Origin: Chrysomallon squamiferum
Taxonomy: Eukaryota; Animalia; Mollusca
Reading direction: 5' to 3'
Length of the DNA: 64,000 nucleotides
NCBI GenBank assembly: GCA_012295275.1
Contig: CM022671.1
Location: forward strand, 24,180,001 to 24,244,000
Of the stretch, positions 42,777-56,420 are shown piece by piece. Positions within the stretch are counted from its first letter, which is position 1. Each line of letters begins with the position of its first letter. The notes under the pieces were generated by a model, which was not told where the DNA came from, made no database searches, and was given only the letters and a program-made list of their open reading frames with translations. The position numbers and the translations under genes are program-made.

Positions 42777-45462
42777 TTATTTATAAGTAATTTTTTAAAA
42801 CTCAAAATGATAGTCATCTTCTCTGTATTTTACTTTAGAACTGGTCAGTAAATATAAAATTACCTGATATGACATTCAAGTGCCCGACATAAACTGCCAG
42901 TGTCCACTTCTGAATGACACAGTTCCAGACAAGCATTATATACTCGCTCACTGTCCACAAACCAGCCAGCATCACTCAGAAACCCACCTACAACAAAAGA
43001 TAAAACACTTGGATTGGACTTACATGTTAAACAAAAATTAAATAAATAAATAATAAAAATAATAATAACCTATATTTGGTTTATACGAAAATAAAAATAT
43101 GAACTATGCTGCAGAAACTATAATTAATCCTATATTTTGAAAATGTCAAAATATAGGATCAATACATAACGAAAATTAATTTCTGTCAGCACATTTTAAA
43201 ATACAAAAACTAAACATATTATTTTCTTTAAACTTCTGAAGGATATGACTATATTACAAATATTGTAAAACTAAAAACTGCATACTTTTCACAAAAATGC
43301 AGTTGAACACAAATAACAAAATACATCATGTCTATCTAATAAGAAATAAACAAAATCTCTTCATATTTGGTTAATTTACTATTAAATTTATAAGATTATG
43401 AATATTAAGATCTTATGAGCTGAAAAATCAGAATTTAAAATGTTTATAAAAACTTGAGATAAAAAAAACAAAAAGCCATGTTTACAACAGTTGTCTCCCC
43501 TTGTACACACAGTTGTCTCCTAAGTTGTCTCCCCTTTTTTTTTTTTTTTTTCACTCATGAGCAAAAACTGTCTAGGTGAAACAAAACTGAAATTTATATT
43601 TCAATCCAGAGTAATCTGCATTCAGTTTTTTTTTGTGCCTGACATTTACTGCACCACCAAAAATACAAGAAAATTCATTTCTATTGTATAATCTAATAAA
43701 GGATACTAATGGCATTTATTCACAAATGATTAACTCAGTTTTCTCACCAAGATTAAAACCCAGCTGAAGATATCGTATCTTTGTAAACTGATCTTTTGTG
43801 ATTGGTTTCGCTAAGCCTAACAATAAAGCTGTCTGCCAGGATGCCTGATGCACGCAGTCCATGGTCCATCAGAGCTTGAAAGCAGTGATGGAGCAAATGT
43901 CTGAAAAATGAAAATGTGTAATTATCTTCATTAACATGTTTTTATTATCAGTTCATAATTATTGCTATTATTTATAATACTGATGCACGCAGTCCATGGT
44001 TCATCAAAGCTTGAAAGCAGTGATGGTGCAAATGTCTTAAAAATGAAAATATATAATTATCTTCATTAACATTTTCTTAAAATTAGTACATTATTGCTGC
44101 TGTTTCTAACATTTGTAACACTACTAGGTTTTGTTTAAGGAATTTTGCCATTTTCGCATTGATTGCAGGTCTGAAATGAAGGTTCAATACTTCTACACAA
44201 CTTGTTCATGATATGAATAATTAATATATACATTTCACAATATTTTAAATTATTCATAAAATTCCTATTACTTGAAGTACAAAAAGTAATTATCTAGAAT
44301 ACATATTCCTCAAAAATGTAAAATTACCTTTTATCATTTACTTTCAAGACTTTAGCAAATGTATCAAGATCACTGAATTCCATTCCCAATTGACAGAGGC
44401 GTCCTTTACTGTAAAGCTTAAAGAAATAGAAACATATGGTATTAATTTTATACTTTAAAGAATCATTATTATTTTGATGAAAACAGTGAAAGACTCACAT
44501 ACACATTTATGTAACAAAAAAAACAAACAAAAAAAACACAAAAAAAAAATAAATAAATAAATAAAAAAAACCTCATGAAGCAACCTGTTAAAAGATGACT
44601 TATTTTAACATGGTTTTAACATGTAACATTTTATATACAGGTATAGTTTAAAATTATATTTATTATTTTTCTCTCTTCTTATCAGTGCGTCATTATGAGT
44701 TATCTCCCTTGTGAGAAACAACCATTAAATCGATAGTAATAAAAAAAGTTTAGAAATACTATACAATTTTATTTCTTTAAAATTAATTCAAAACTGCAGT
44801 TTCTAAATCAGTAACGAAATATTTAAAATACTTTATCATAAATGAATTCTCTTTAAAATATTCTTAACCTTATAAGTTATAACAATATAAGGTGTATGAA
44901 TTTCGATGTGTCCTTTCATTAAAAATATGTAACACTGACATTCGGAAAGACAGGTTGTATATATGAAATGGTGCACATTATGATTATATGACTATGAACA
45001 TGAGTATCATTTGATAAACATTACATAATTTGTCATTTCCTCTCTTCATCCATAACTACTAGTACTACTCTACTGCTAGTACCACCATTCGTAATAAATA
45101 AATAATTTCATAAATTTGATTTAACACAATCTCCTCAAAACATATTTGTATCTTTTGTAATAATTCCCTAATAAAATAGTTTTATATTTTAAATGAACCT
45201 ATAAATAGCATAATCGGTCTGTAATTAGAAGCGATAATTGTAAATGTTATGGTCGATGTCGGATGTGTCATTTAGAAAAATAGGATAAATATACAGTAAC
45301 ATAGTAACTAATAACACTTACTCTATAATAAATATCAAACTGCACATTTTCTGGTAGAACCTTCAAATCCCTTCTACCTCTTGGATATGAAGCAACAATT
45401 GCTGAAACTGCTGTATTATACAATGAATCGGGTACCCATTGCAAAGTACAGGCCGACGCCAT
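37593..45462 (-). CDS. APPBP2: Amyloid protein-binding protein 2 (TPR protein, CRL2 substrate receptor); 13 exons, approx. 45462-45322, 44416-44328, 43900-43748, 42988-42864, 42557-42389, 42054-41999, 41604-41504, 41183-41079, 40542-40418, 39777-39692, 39262-39072, 38323-38158, 37813-37593
   Basis: WVPDSLYNTAVSA, LPENVQFDIY, HLLHHCFQALMDHG, GGFLSDAGW, VDVLRQCSKACVVKRQF, HPKYSDVLMDYGFYLLNIDSI, NVQTAKHYGNLGRLYQSM, DYEVALSVGHLASLYNYDM, YSGLEYDYRGL. Confidence 0.95.
43980..44075 (-). repeat. Tandem duplicate (135 bp offset) of the acceptor plus 5' part of APPBP2 exon 3, lying in intron 2
   Basis: TGATGCACGCAGTCCATGG.CATCA.AGCTTGAAAGCAGTGATGG.GCAAATGTCT.AAAAATGAAAAT occurs at 43846 and 43981. Confidence 0.92.
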
Positions 45463-45744
45463 CTTGGATACCCGACAATGATCCCGTCAAGTAATACTTC
45501 CGATATTCATGGTACAATAACCGATGTGGTCTCAAAACCGCATTTCTCGCTCTTCGAACTTCAACTGAATAGAGAAAAGCTAGTTAAAGCAAATAACATG
45601 ACATTGTAAACTCTTAATCTGTTTATTCTCTTAACAGATTTGAGTGTATAATTAATTTCTTATTTTGATTAATAAGCCTGCATATAGTAAATAAATAATA
45701 AGTAAATAAAATAATAAAAATAAATAAATAAATAAATAAATAAA

Positions 45745-45775
<31 letters not shown>

Positions 45776-45932
45776 TAATAATAATAATAATAAAGTTCTG
45801 AATCTCATAGCTATTTTTAAAAGTATCCTGAGGTTTCCATGTTAAAACAAAATAATAAATTTTAACTTTTAGAATAATTATAGGAACTAAAACTTATTAT
45901 TTTGATTTAACATAGAGACTTTGGCAATTTTA

Positions 45933-45978
<46 letters not shown>

Positions 45979-46524
45979 ATCATTATTTTAATTAGTAGTA
46001 AATTACAAAACATTCTATAAGTGGAATGCCAAGTTTTATTTATTTATTGGTTTATTGATTTATTTATTATTATTATTTTAAACAAGAGAGAAAAATGAAA
46101 GAAATCAGCTTTTTGCACCTACTGTACATCTTAGTATACATCTTAGAACATCTTCAACGACGGGAAGGAAATTCTTTTCCATTATGTAGATCACAAGCTT
46201 CGTTTGGTTAACATTCATATAACTGTCCGTCAGAAATCAGCAGCAAGAAAAACTGAATGAGGAAGGAAAAACACTGTAGGTTAAGAGAAAGTGGAATACT
46301 GGAAAGTCATTTCTACGTCAAAGAATTTTACTTTCAGTGAAGGTAAAAAAATACAATAAATAAATAACAATAAATAAGATAATTTGTAATTTAAACGTTT
46401 TATAATTTGAATATTCAGATTTTGTATACGACACAGAGTTCTCTATAAATCAGTCTTACAATGTTCTGTTGCTTAACGTCTGATCTTTGTTATTTTTGTT
46501 AAAATATACTCTAAAGGGTTAAAA

Positions 46525-46555
<31 letters not shown>

Positions 46556-47641
46556 TAATAACTAGATTTACATTCATTTAACCGGATTATTATTTTGTCA
46601 TTTATTGTTTTTACACGTGTTACGTGAATTTAATTAAGTATTTCCATCGACTTAATAAAATGTTGTAAAATATATTTTTATTTATAATTATAAGCGACGG
46701 CACAGACATAATATATGAATCATGTGATGTCAGCTAACAAACTGAAACTTGTTTGGATGTGACCTCCTTAACCTGTACCAGCCACACTTTGCACGACCAT
46801 CAACACGTGAATTGCGTTTAAGAATACAATGCTTGCTTCCAAATTAAAAGAATTACATATCCTTACTTATTTCCGTAAAATCAGATATGTACTGTGTTTG
46901 TTTGTCTCTTCTCCTGAAGAAGCATACCTATCATTAAACAGATTTTAAAATTAGGATTAAAATTATAGTAAAAAAAAAAAGAAGAAGAAAAAGACCCCGC
47001 CAAAACAACACCACCAACAACAACAACAATATATAGATATATATATATATCTATATATTTCAAAAAATATATGTTTAAATTATTACTTACATATCTTTTG
47101 AAAACAACCTTCTCTATATATTAGAGTAAGTTCCCGATTGTCTTTGTTATTAAACTTCGCGACGCAATTATTACGTCATAGTTTGCTAGTCTTAACAACA
47201 GACCTCCACATTTAAAACCTTTTTTTTACTCTTCTCATCTTAATTTTTAATAATAAGAGTTATAATAAGGTAATAATATGATCAAAAACAATAAAAATGA
47301 TGACGATATAATAATAATAATAACAGAAGAAAAAAACAACAATAATAACATTAATAATAATAATAATAATAATATTTTGTTGTTGTTGTTGATGATGTGC
47401 AAGAACTGTGTATCTTGAAAACTTTTATTATTATTTATACAGATACGATGTTTTCCCGTCACATTATCAATACTACTCCATATTTTATTTGTGGTCAATA
47501 ACAATAACAATGTGTCTAATAGTGTTAAATTTTACGAACATACACTGACAGATAGACACACAAACACACATAAACAAATTAATCAGAAGCACATTTTATA
47601 CAGTTCAATGAGATCATTAAGAAGAACCGTTCCTAGCAATC

Positions 47642-47743
<102 letters not shown>

Positions 47744-49733
47744 CATTATATTTTGTATAACTGATATAAAGACCAGCTGTCACTATTAGTTACAGGATCA
47801 GTATCATTCCATTGTTATTATACAGACAGTCGTGGCATAGAAAACCAGCTTAATCTAAATTCACATGTGTTAATCAGTTAAAGGTACATATTGTAAAGAA
47901 ATCAACTTGCACTTCACTAATCTAAATTAATTATTTTGCTTGACTGATGTAAAGGAAACTAACTCGATAGACTAATGTAAACTTAAAAGTTGACTAATGT
48001 AATGTAATAAATTAATTATTTTCGGATAACACACACTAAATAAATATAATCAATTTTGTAACTGTAGAAATTCTGGTACAGGATTTATTCTGTGTAATTA
48101 GTTTATCTCGGCGGCTGTAAATTAATGTTTTAATCACGACATTACAAACATATTAAAATTAAATATAGTAAATGCGTTTAATACTGATCTATGAAGTAAA
48201 TAAGTTCAGTACATTGAATAATAAGTCTGTATTATACAGAGGTGCCGTGCATTCCACCCACCCATATCTTGGAATGAGGTTATTTTTTTCTTAAATTTAT
48301 AGATTTGAATGTTGTATTTTATAAAATCGTTATATAAAAAATAATATTTAAACTGATTAATGTCAAAGCTAAATCAAAACATGAGTATTAGCAAAAAAAT
48401 AAATAAATAAATAAATAAATAAATACTTTCTCCAAAAACTGGATTTTATTTTATCTTCATTCTGATGAACGATCAGAATTTATATTATCATTCTGAAACT
48501 TTGTAAGTAAATTTTTTGTCACGATATCTAACATTTTGACTCCGACTTAGAATAAAAATAAAGACTGGAAATATAAAAAGAGAAAGAAAAATAAAGGATT
48601 TTTTCACCGAATTAATAATAACAAAAATTACGTAATGAAGGGTTTGTCTCTGTCCTGTTATAATTATGGAACGAAATTTAGTGGCTTCTAGAATTACTAG
48701 ATTAGAAACACTTTCAAAGAAATTTTACATTATCACTGATATTTCTGTTATTTTGTTATTGCAGATACTTTAAATAATCCTGTCATTGATTCGAAAATAA
48801 AATTTATAATTTTTCTTTTCTTCTCTATAATTTTGGTAATTCAAATTTTGATCCACTTCTTAAATCAAATGCAATATTTAAAAATAAAATAATAATAAAC
48901 GAATTTAATATTTTTTTTACGGTTACCATTTCTCAATTCATAATTTCTCGCATAACAACAGGACATTTAATATTTCAATCACCAACAGGCGTTTGTCTTT
49001 ATCAGTTTTACATCTTCGTGTTTACAAACTGAAAACAAAATTAACTGGCATACATTCGGTGAATAAATGATTATTTGCTTTATTTTAATGATCATATAGT
49101 TTGATTATCATAAGAAATTATGAGAAATTGTCCAGCCTAAGAGGACAACGAATTCTGAAAGAAGCACCTCGTAGAAATAATTGTTAGAGCTCGGGTTTGC
49201 GTCTATTTCCAACGTCACTGTAACTATACTGACGCGTTCTATTCAATCTGGCGATCTTAGAACACTGTTTAAAATTTGAAGGTAAGACAGGAATTACTGA
49301 AGCAAATTGTTCTGAGACGGATTTGCATACCTGACTAAACTGAACATGTGATTTTCGATTATCACTAATTTATTCAGAAGTGAAAACTTGGGATTCATAC
49401 GACACTTGGAAACTGCACAATTTCCTGTTATTAATCAGTCCTCTACATTCCAGACAGCACTCTTTTAAGATGAAAATAATAAATATATATATGTATATAT
49501 TTTTTAAATTGAAAGTTGTAATGTTTAGAACCTTAGCTGTACCTCCTAACAGCTTATACCAGCCTCGATTTTCAACTCTGTAATCAGAATACTAATAGTC
49601 GCTGTTTATAGAGATCACTATGGAATAAATATTACTGAAATTTCTACATCGTTCGATTTTTTGTTTTATAAATTATTTTATATAATATATTCTATTTGTA
49701 ACATAGTTTTACGGGGGACTTTAATATTTGAGT

Positions 49734-51955
49734 ATGTATGGAAAGATTATATGTTTATCGTTTACTGTATGCATTTTAGCCATTTTTGTAACTTTAAACA
49801 TTTGCATTCCATATCGAGAAAAAATAAGTGCAAAAATACCCCCAAGTTTTAAGAATTATATACACGACATCACAGGTGTGTTTGGATTATCTTGGATTTT
49901 TGAGGGGAATTCTGCTGCTTCTCACAAACTTTTTAGCAAATCTGAATTGGAAAAATACAAAGGTTCGGCTGGTAGTCAAAATATATATCTCCATTCTTGG
50001 TCATGTGTACGATGTCACAAGGGGTAGAAAACATTATGGCCCAGATGGTGGTTATCATGGTTTTGCAGGTATTGTATTATAAAATGATTTTTTTTTTTTT
50101 TTTCTGAAATTATTATGCTGTAAATCATACGTATTGACATTTTAAAAGGCTAAACAGAAAATTTAAATTATAATATCGCATTAAAAATAATTAAATAAAT
50201 TTTAAATTTTAAAAAAATATTTTTTGTTTTACAGGTCGTGATGCCACCAGAGCCTTTATTACTGGTGACTTTACAACAGAAGGACTGATTGAAGACATAT
50301 CTGATCTTTCACCTAGTGATGTGCTTGGTTTAGATGGATGGATGAAATTTTACGAAAAAGATTATAAATATGTTGGTAAGTATAATGACAGTCATTTTAA
50401 AATCATCAACCACACTGTCTTTAAAGTGCAAGATTATGCTGACACCACAAAAAAAATCCTGTGGTACACAGTCCCAACAAAATAGTCAGGGGGACTGGGA
50501 GATAAATTCACCCACCTACAATAATTTTATCTTTCATTATTTCTTTCTTTTTTAAAAGATTTTTGTCACGGTAAAGTTTTATCCTGCAATTGACTTTTAG
50601 GTCTGGTTTCTAGAGAAATCATACTGCAGTATTACTTCCAGATCTGCCCATACTAGTGTAGTTGTAATCAGTATGTCAACACATTTCTAAAAAATTGCTT
50701 TGACATTGTTTTGAGTAGACCTGTTATGTGACTTTGTTTTAGGCTGATTGAAACAGTCACAAATTACAAATTTATGAAAATACTATATCTTCAGTTTGGC
50801 TTTAATTGTTATAATGAAATATTTAAATGAATAATTTTGATTCTGGTTTTAACTTAGACTTAATGAGAATTATTAAAATCAGATACAGCTATTTGTACAT
50901 ATATACTGCTGTGAAGGGACAATTTAAAATCACTGACTTTGCATAACAGTACATTTTAACATTAACTAATGTGTTTGAAATTATCTTGTATTTTGTAAGC
51001 TGGTGAATAGTGGAAGATATTCTGTTTTCAGGCAAGTTGATAGGTCACTTTTATGACAAAGATGGCCACCCAACTGGTGCCATGAAACAGTACTTGCAGA
51101 AACTGTCTATAGCAAAGTCCGAAAAAGAAAAAGACAAAGGTGATGCCAGGATATTCCCTCCATGTAACTCAGAATGGAGACAGAATTCTGGAACACATTT
51201 TTGGTGTACTACTCTCAGGTATGTACATATACATACATTAAGTGTACATGGAAACAGACTTACATATACACAATATATACCACATTGTATAATATATATA
51301 TACACATGATATGAATGGACTAAGTAAAATGATAAAAAAGTTAACTCCAGTTACAATATTTGTGTCTTTTAACAAAACAACAGTGAATAAAAGTTAAAGT
51401 GAATATTTTTCACCTATTTTAAATATAGATGTTTGGATATTGCAGTCAGAGTTTAATTTAGATCCTATCGTGTAAATGCTACTTACATAAGAAAAAAAAT
51501 AGATTTCATAAATTTTGAGAAGTTGTATCAGATTAAGAGACTGGAAACTGCATCATATTTGAATATGTTTTATTTAAACCTGGCTGTACATTAACATTAA
51601 ACTAACACTAACACACACTCACACACACACACAACATCTAAATCTACACAAACATATTTTCTATTTTGAAATGCTAACAATTAATGCATCACATAAACAT
51701 ACGTGCACATTTATTAATGGGTCAGTAACATAATATCTTTTTAGTGGAGGAATTCAAAGAGATTGGGTGGGTGTGCCACGTCAGTACTTTCAGCCTGGCA
51801 AACCACACCCTCGCTGCGCCTGTGTGAGAACAACAGGTCCTCCTTCAGGACACACAGACTCTGAACAACACAGCAACAGGGGAGACTTGGATAACCCTCA
51901 GCTCAAACTCTACAGCGGTTGTGACCCTGACTCTGTCTCGTGTTATCTTCCATGA
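49734..51955 (+). CDS. CYB5D2: Neuferricin (cytochrome b5-like heme/steroid-binding MAPR protein); exons 49734-50068, 50235-50375, 51032-51218, 51745-51955; apparent frameshift at ~49980-49992
   Basis: N-terminal hydrophobic anchor, then [12 protein letters not shown], then (in a different frame) [27 protein letters not shown] / [12 protein letters not shown] / [19 protein letters not shown] / [28 protein letters not shown]. Confidence 0.92.
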
Positions 51956-53603
51956 TTAATACAGAATGAGAAGATGTTTTTAGTAACTTCTTTTTTAAAA
52001 TTTTTAATTTTCTTTCTCCTTAATTTTTCTTTTCATTTATAATATTTTTAGATTTGAACTTGGTATGGGTATTGATAAAAGAAAGGATGTTATTTGTTTG
52101 CTTTACAGAACTGTTTCATTGTTTTGGGAGACACACTACAGCCAAGTGCAGAGCTGAGCTGTGGCAATATGCCAAGATTCAAATTCAATTCAAAATGGCA
52201 TTATCTGTTTTGTTTTAAAAAATTATAATTAAAATACATGTGTAAATGAATGTGTGAATGAATGTGTATATATGCATGCATGCATGCATATGTATGTGAG
52301 TATGTATGACATAGATGTAATGTTAAACTAATATAGATATTTATATTTGTTAATTTGTATTTGAAATAAAATGTCTTCCTATGTTATTTATTACAAATTA
52401 TTTTATGAAGTAAATATGAATTTTTATATAGTTTTTTGTAACATAAACAAACAATTTATCACTACATATTTATATAACATGTTTAAGTTTGAAAATACCA
52501 TTAATTTGGTGTTTATACATTGTTTTCTATGCAATAATTTATATAACAATATTTTTACTATTCCATTTTTTAAATGTTGGTAAAAAAAATTCTGTGAGAT
52601 GAACAGTTTACTTAATTGTATATTTTGTAGTTTTAAGTTGTTGTTTTTTTCTCTAATAAACTTTAATACTAAGAACAACAAGGTTAAATAGATGTTACAG
52701 TATTCCCTTTTGTCAAGATATATTTTAAATTTAGGAGTGTAAACAAATAAATATAAAACCTTTATCGAATGACAGTAAATCATTTCATTTATCATTTTTA
52801 TCTTTGTTTTTATCTCTCTTTTTTTTCACTTTTGTCCCAAATGATGATGTGATAAAGAGCAAACTCAAAACCTAATATTTATCATAATATTATGGCTTTA
52901 CAAAGGGTATATTATGAGTGTTATTTAGTTTAGAAGGATCACATTAAACAACAGAAAAAGAAAACATTTATTATTGTTGTTGTTGCTATTATTATTATTA
53001 TTATTGTTTTGGTTTTATCTTTTGCAGTGCAATTTACAATTTAACAGTTTTAAGTATTAACTTATTATATGATTCAGTTTGAAAAACTAATATTGTTTAA
53101 AATAAGTGGAAGTTTTTCCTTAAGTCACTGCTTGTCTTCCAGTTGTGATACTGTACCACTGTTTGGCTGCCATATACGACAGGTTCTAAAGGTTAAGTAC
53201 AAAACAAACAAAAACCACATATTTCAATTTTAAAAACATATTTATGTCATATGATAGTTATTTCCTGGTGATTTAATTTTTTTAATAATTTTGTCAAAAT
53301 ATAACTTTTGTATATTATACATAATATTTGAATGCCTATGGATATTTACTTTATATGCAATAATTTTTTTGATAATCAAATGATAGTTTGTTAAATGAAT
53401 ATGAATATTTTTTGTTTCAAGCTGGGCTTGTTGTAAATGTTTCACATAAATTAATTTTTACATTTCACAGATTTTGTGTCATTTATTTTTATTTATTTTC
53501 TTTTTCTTTTCTTCTTTTCTTTCCATTTTCACCTTTCCTTCCTGTTTTTACATTTTGGATTTTGTTACTTTGATTTATTTATTCCATTTTTGTTTAATTA
53601 TTT

Positions 53604-53639
<36 letters not shown>

Positions 53640-54221
53640 TTATTGTTATTAAATATTTCATATTCTAACCTGCAACACAAAAAAAACACACACACACACA
53701 CACACATTAACATGCGATTCAAACCTATTTATTACAATAGCACCATCTACAAAAGAAAAAAATTTGTAACCAGAGGAAAAATTCAAGTCCATTATCAACT
53801 TTGAAAATGAAACCAAAATAGATTTATGTGATAGACATAGGCTGTTATCTTTTTCTTTATTTAAAAATCATTATTGTTATTTGTTTCGTTTGTTTCTGTC
53901 TTTACTTACAAATGTACTTATTATTTTATTTATTTATGATTTTGTTTTTGTTTTTGTTTTTAATCACATTATTATAGGTCATGAGGTGACATAGCTAAAA
54001 CATATTTTCTTTCTTCTATTCACAGATGTAAATTTAGAGTTTCAGTACATTATCTTTCACTCATTTATTTATTATACATATACATACATACATACATACA
54101 TACATACATACATACATACATACATACATGTATGCATTTATACAAACCTACACATACATAGATAATGGATTACATATTTATTGTTGGTTCTTACAAAGTA
54201 ATTGTAAATGAGGTATAACTT

Positions 54222-54400
54222 ACTGGTTAGGTTGCTTTCTCATGATTGATATATTGAAGGATCAGTCTTCACCATTGACCATTTTCATTTATAACTACTC
54301 TTCACAAATAATTTATCAAAGTGAATGCTATGTTTTCCAGCCTATGAGCAGGTGCTTAAGAAAGATCCCTTGCTGCTATATGATAAGAGAAAACCATGTC
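54222..54400 (+). mobile_element. Degenerate SINE fragment with a mollusc-type core
   Basis: Contains GGTGCTTAAGAAAGATCCCTTGCTGCTA, which resembles the AAAGATCCCTTGCTGCT core of gastropod tRNA-SINEs as recalled. The rest is heavily decayed. Confidence 0.45.
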
Positions 54401-54648
54401 TTAAATATTTAATAATTCATGTGAAAATAGTTATTATGCTACATAATTAAGAAATGCTTTATAATCTACAGTCATATATATTTGTAATCAGTCCTATATT
54501 TTATGTTGTAACTGAACTGTATTAACAAACGAAGCATTGTTAAAAATGTGTTGATATAAATTAATATTATCATACTATTAAAATATACTTTTATGTCAAA
54601 ATTTTTTTTAAAAATTCAGTGATTATAATCAAATAATAATAGAAGTAA

Positions 54649-54691
<43 letters not shown>

Positions 54692-55004
54692 AACAAAGTA
54701 ATTCGTTTATAAATCAACCACTGAACATTTCCAATCTTTTTCATCTGTAAGTTATATACAATCTCTATGATCTAAAATTTGATATTCTATATACAACTAA
54801 TTATAGGTCTTTGGTGAAATCTGAAAGGTAAAGTTATCGATAGTATCGATAATTATAATTATCGATCAGGAAAAATTCTACTATGCTTTCTCTCTTCAAT
54901 GTAATCTTCAATGAAATCGATTTTGCGTGCTGATTTATTTTTCTAACCCCGGACAAAACTAGGTACACCGATTGTTTTTAAATATTAGGTGTTTCACATT
55001 CATC

Positions 55005-55699
55005 ATGGCAGGAGTTCTTATTCAATTTTTTGTCGTTCTTATTCTTGGATATGGGGTCAGATGCGATGTCTTTGGTTTTGGAATGGGGAAGATTGCGTCC
55101 TTCAGTGATAATGGTAATTTTATTTATTTATTTATTTATTTATTTATTCATTCGTTCGTTTCTTTATTGAAATTAAAGAAGAAAAAAAGAAGAAAAAATA
55201 CACAATTTATAAAAAAAAAGAAAAAAAAAGGATTTTTAAAAATAAATATATCCCTTTAAAAATACAAAATGGAGAAAAATGCATGTAACCATTTTTTAAC
55301 CAAAATTATTTAAATTGTACAAAATACAACCATACTTAATTTTTGGACAACAAGTGATATATGATTATAGTCCAAATAACAATTTTGAAATAAATTTCCA
55401 AGAGCTGTCCGCCGCACCTATAGCGGGTCTTTCGCTCTCCTCCTCCGTGAGCATGTTCGACAAAAAGGGAACTGACGAAGGTGTGAAGGAACTTACGAAC
55501 GCCATCGACAAGCTTGTGAAGCGTTTAGAAGACCTCGACAAGCAGAAAACTCGTCTGCTTCAAGAGTGTGAGTAACCATTCGCCAGATTTCTAAGTACGA
55601 TTTAAACATTAAACAATAAGCCAGATCTCTCAGCTCACTGCAAAAGTTTTGTTACGTGTTTTTTACTGACAGCTCATCTCAATCAGTAAGACATGATAA

Positions 55700-55749
<50 letters not shown>

Positions 55750-56228
55750 TAAACAAATAAAATAAAATAAAATAATAAATATATATATATATTAAATTCA
55801 ATTATAAGTAAAACTTTACCCATATAAATGTTATTTCATTTCACCTTATGAAATTCAGTCATTCCATCTCATAAGGTGAATTTATGTTAGATATTTATAT
55901 TATTTTAATTACATTATTGTTATTGTTATTATCAGTATTATTGCAATAATAATAATAATACATTTTTTATAGGTGAGACAGTAACGAATTCGGCACAGGC
56001 CGCTGTATCGACAAACAGCAAACAAACAGTAGACACGTCGGGTTTAGCAACGACGAGTGAGCTAGGAGCTTTTCGATCCAAAATCAACGAGCTTAAAGGG
56101 GCGTCCAAGACGCTTGAGTCCGTACAAACCTCTGCTACTTCGACGTCAGGTATTATCTTTGTTTATTTTGACACTACCATGATATGTAATATTGCAACTT
56201 TTAAAATATTGCAAATATTATGATTATG

Positions 56229-56261
<33 letters not shown>

Positions 56262-56377
56262 TTAATAATTTGCTTTTTCTATTATTTTTCTTGTTGTTGT
56301 CGTTAGTATGATTCCTATTATTATATTTATTGTTATTATTTTTGTTGTTAATGTTATTGTTATCATCATCATCATCA

Positions 56378-56420
<43 letters not shown>

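Noticed and set aside
46130-46345. Possible exon ending GAAG|GTAAAA upstream of CYB5D2, divergent from APPBP2
   Set aside because: There is no convincing ORF or partner acceptor. It might be a non-coding exon but cannot be supported from sequence alone.
49970-50000. Programmed ribosomal frameshift in CYB5D2
   Set aside because: There is no canonical slippery heptamer or evident downstream structure. Slippage or consensus error in a dinucleotide run is simpler.
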